A stretch of DNA of 46,682 nt, from positions 521,113 to 567,794 of the forward strand of contig CAVRET010000001.1 of the NCBI GenBank assembly GCA_963720265.1. The letters are read 5' to 3'. Shown in pieces: positions 45,264 to 46,682 of the stretch (position 1 is its first letter; every line of letters starts with the position of its first letter). The notes beneath the pieces were generated by a model. The model was not told the origin of the DNA, did no database searches, and saw only the letters and a list, made by a program, of their open reading frames with translations. The stretch is from an uncultured bacterium (GTDB lineage Bacteria; Patescibacteriota; Saccharimonadia; UBA4664). The position numbers were made by a program, and so were the translations under genes.

Positions 45264-45527
45264 TTATACCCTGCGTGCTGACCTTAAACACACGGAAGCC
45301 ACCTTGCGGCGACTTACCGTGTGTCGAAACAAGGTGGCTATTGAGTTGTGAGAATGTAACCGCCAGACGATCCAAGATGCCGACGGTACAGACTCATTCT
45401 CGCGCAGTTGATCGGAGGCAGTAAACCACTGGCGAACCGGCACGCCGGCGATAGCACAGTAGCATATCCACATCAACAGAAGGAAAGCGAACGTGCCGAC
45501 GCCGGCGGCTATCCATGACATTGCCAT
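45264..45527 (-). CDS. Small membrane protein (one TM); the 3-prime part overlaps structured RNA-like repeats
   Basis: 87 aa. The ATG is preceded by aaggaag. The TM is IAAGVGTFAFLLLMWICYCAIAG. Confidence 0.4.
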   Translation of the reverse strand: MAMSWIAAGVGTFAFLLLMWICYCAIAGVPVRQWFTASDQLRENESVPSASWIVWRLHSHNSIATLFRHTVSRRKVASVCLRSARRV

Positions 45528-45550
45528 AGAGACTTCCTTACTTCGAGCAC

Positions 45551-45571
45551 ATATAGTGCCTGGGCCTAGAC
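45551..45571 (+). repeat. Repeat family copy J
   Basis: atatagtgcctgggcctagac, compared with G ataagtgctttggctgggactgg. It lies at the left edge of the terminal high-GC block. Confidence 0.35.
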
Positions 45572-45739
45572 TGCGAAGTCTTACTAAGATGACATGAGTA
45601 AATTAGTTCGTCAACTTGATTGCATATGGGCCTATGTACGGATATTTGCACTTCTTTGTTTTTTGTTCTATGGTTTGGCTTCGGACACCACCCATGGGCG
45701 AGCATCGGTGCTCGTTTTTGACATGTGAGGAGCAGTGCA

Positions 45740-46402
45740 ATGAACGGCGAACTGTTGAGGCTCGGCGATACCGAACCGGGCGCCCGGACGGACCCGCCGA
45801 GAATTCGCCTGGTCGGCCGGAATCATCCGTCGGACCGCGGAATAGTGCCCGCACTTGATATCCGGGTGGTGGTGCCGACTGCCGGTTCGCCGGTTGGCGT
45901 CTACTCCACCAGCGAGACCGTGTCGCTGCACCTGGTCCACTCGGGCTGCAACATCACCAATCCTTCGATCGATTTGGCAACCCTCGCGTGCGGCTTCTCG
46001 GTTGCACTCATGAGCGGCGACGACTTCGACTGGGGTTTCACCCTCATGCGCATCTTGGATGTGCTGGGTGAGTGCGAGGCGCTCACCGGGCTGCTCAAGG
46101 CCATGCAAGAGTTCGGCCAGCGGGTTACACAGGGCGAGCGCGGGAGTACGTTCGATGAAACGTGGGAGTTCGATGACACCGCGGACTACTACGAACTAGC
46201 GCTTATCCTGCTCGCAGCGGTCAGACGCCGCGACCATCAGGTTATACCCGAACGCAGCATAGCGCTGCGATCATACGACCTGTGGTGGGCCCAGCAGCCC
46301 TTGCCGGCTGACAGCGATGTGAGCCGGGAGGCCGTCGTGACACGGTTCTTCATCGAGATGAACCGGCGAACCATCGCCGACATGCTCGCACGAGCGGCTT
46401 AG
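45740..46402 (+). CDS. Hypothetical protein (high-GC block)
   Basis: ORF 45725..46402. The preferred start is ATG 45740 after gaggag. No motif recognised. Confidence 0.35.
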   Translation: MNGELLRLGDTEPGARTDPPRIRLVGRNHPSDRGIVPALDIRVVVPTAGSPVGVYSTSETVSLHLVHSGCNITNPSIDLATLACGFSVALMSGDDFDWGFTLMRILDVLGECEALTGLLKAMQEFGQRVTQGERGSTFDETWEFDDTADYYELALILLAAVRRRDHQVIPERSIALRSYDLWWAQQPLPADSDVSREAVVTRFFIEMNRRTIADMLARAA

Positions 46403-46621
46403 CCCGGCGCCTCCGGGTGCCAGCCCGTTACATCCCGCTTACCGCCCGGCAGCGACCCCACGGCCGCCCATGCAGGGTCGTCGGCGGGGTCGCTTGTTTT
46501 TATGTTGGTCCACGCATGGGCTAATTATCGCTTTTATGTCCTAGGCGTTGTATAGTAGCGTCTACCCAGTCCAATCCGGAACGGGCGTAGTGTCCGTTTC
46601 CCTCTCCGTAAGGAGCAGTGC

Positions 46622-46682
46622 ATGACGGACGAGATTCTCCATTTCAAATCGGTCGAGTGGCCCGAGGGCACTCCACTGCGAC
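46622..46682 (+). CDS. Partial CDS (first 20 codons), hypothetical
   Basis: taaggagcagtgcATG, then MTDEILHFKSVEWPEGTPLR, open to the window end. It has the same aggagcagtgc leader as the ORF at 45740. Confidence 0.3.
   Translation, partial: MTDEILHFKSVEWPEGTPLR

Noticed and set aside
1-46682. CRISPR arrays, rRNA genes, intact tRNA genes, transposases, integrases, reverse transcriptases
   Set aside because: I saw no regularly spaced repeats, no cloverleaf-capable tRNA, and no ORF with recombinase, transposase or RT motifs. Only tRNA-3-prime-end-like fragments are present.

Overview
This 46.7 kb bacterial window has no rRNA gene, intact tRNA, CRISPR array, transposase or integrase that I can find, and I cannot name the taxon from sequence alone. 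The backbone is about 50-58% GC. It carries NAD-dependent DNA ligase (ligA), Tag glycosylase, SulP and two DHA2-type MFS transporters (one with a divergent MarR), and an ABC-2 exporter (ATPase plus two permeases). It also carries a HisC-like aminotransferase, epoxide hydrolase, a haloperoxidase-like hydrolase, a DipZ-like redoxin, a Hanks-type kinase, a DAGK-type lipid kinase, a YqeG-type phosphatase and an IMPase. Composition is strongly mosaic. A low-GC block (about 2.4-9.7 kb) looks like a conflict/defence island. It holds a DUF4236-TPR protein, a SEC-C protein with a PD-(D/E)xK-like motif, an ABC-type ATPase plus Toprim-like (DUF4276-like) operon, several unknowns and an RHH/PIN toxin-antitoxin cassette. 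A second low-GC block (about 38-42.3 kb) holds small hypothetical membrane proteins. At least six short high-GC islands (65-73% GC by hand count of sample lines) carry orphan ORFs. Two diverged paralogous small genes bracket a large dockerin-GH59-ricin glycosidase. The least expected signal is a degenerate, same-strand, intergenic repeat family with core TGGCTGGG. Longer forms read ..ATAAG..TTGGCYGGGRCT..GGGRCGTTATCCGAAC. Two members read as tRNA 3-prime ends on the opposite strand. Copies sit at many boundaries between compositionally different gene blocks, giving a cassette-like layout with no recombinase in view. Three genes are disrupted: an in-frame TGA in an SRPBCC gene, and frameshifts in a DUF1801 gene and a P-loop kinase-like gene. 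All functional calls come from reading motifs in the supplied translations, and no database search was run.
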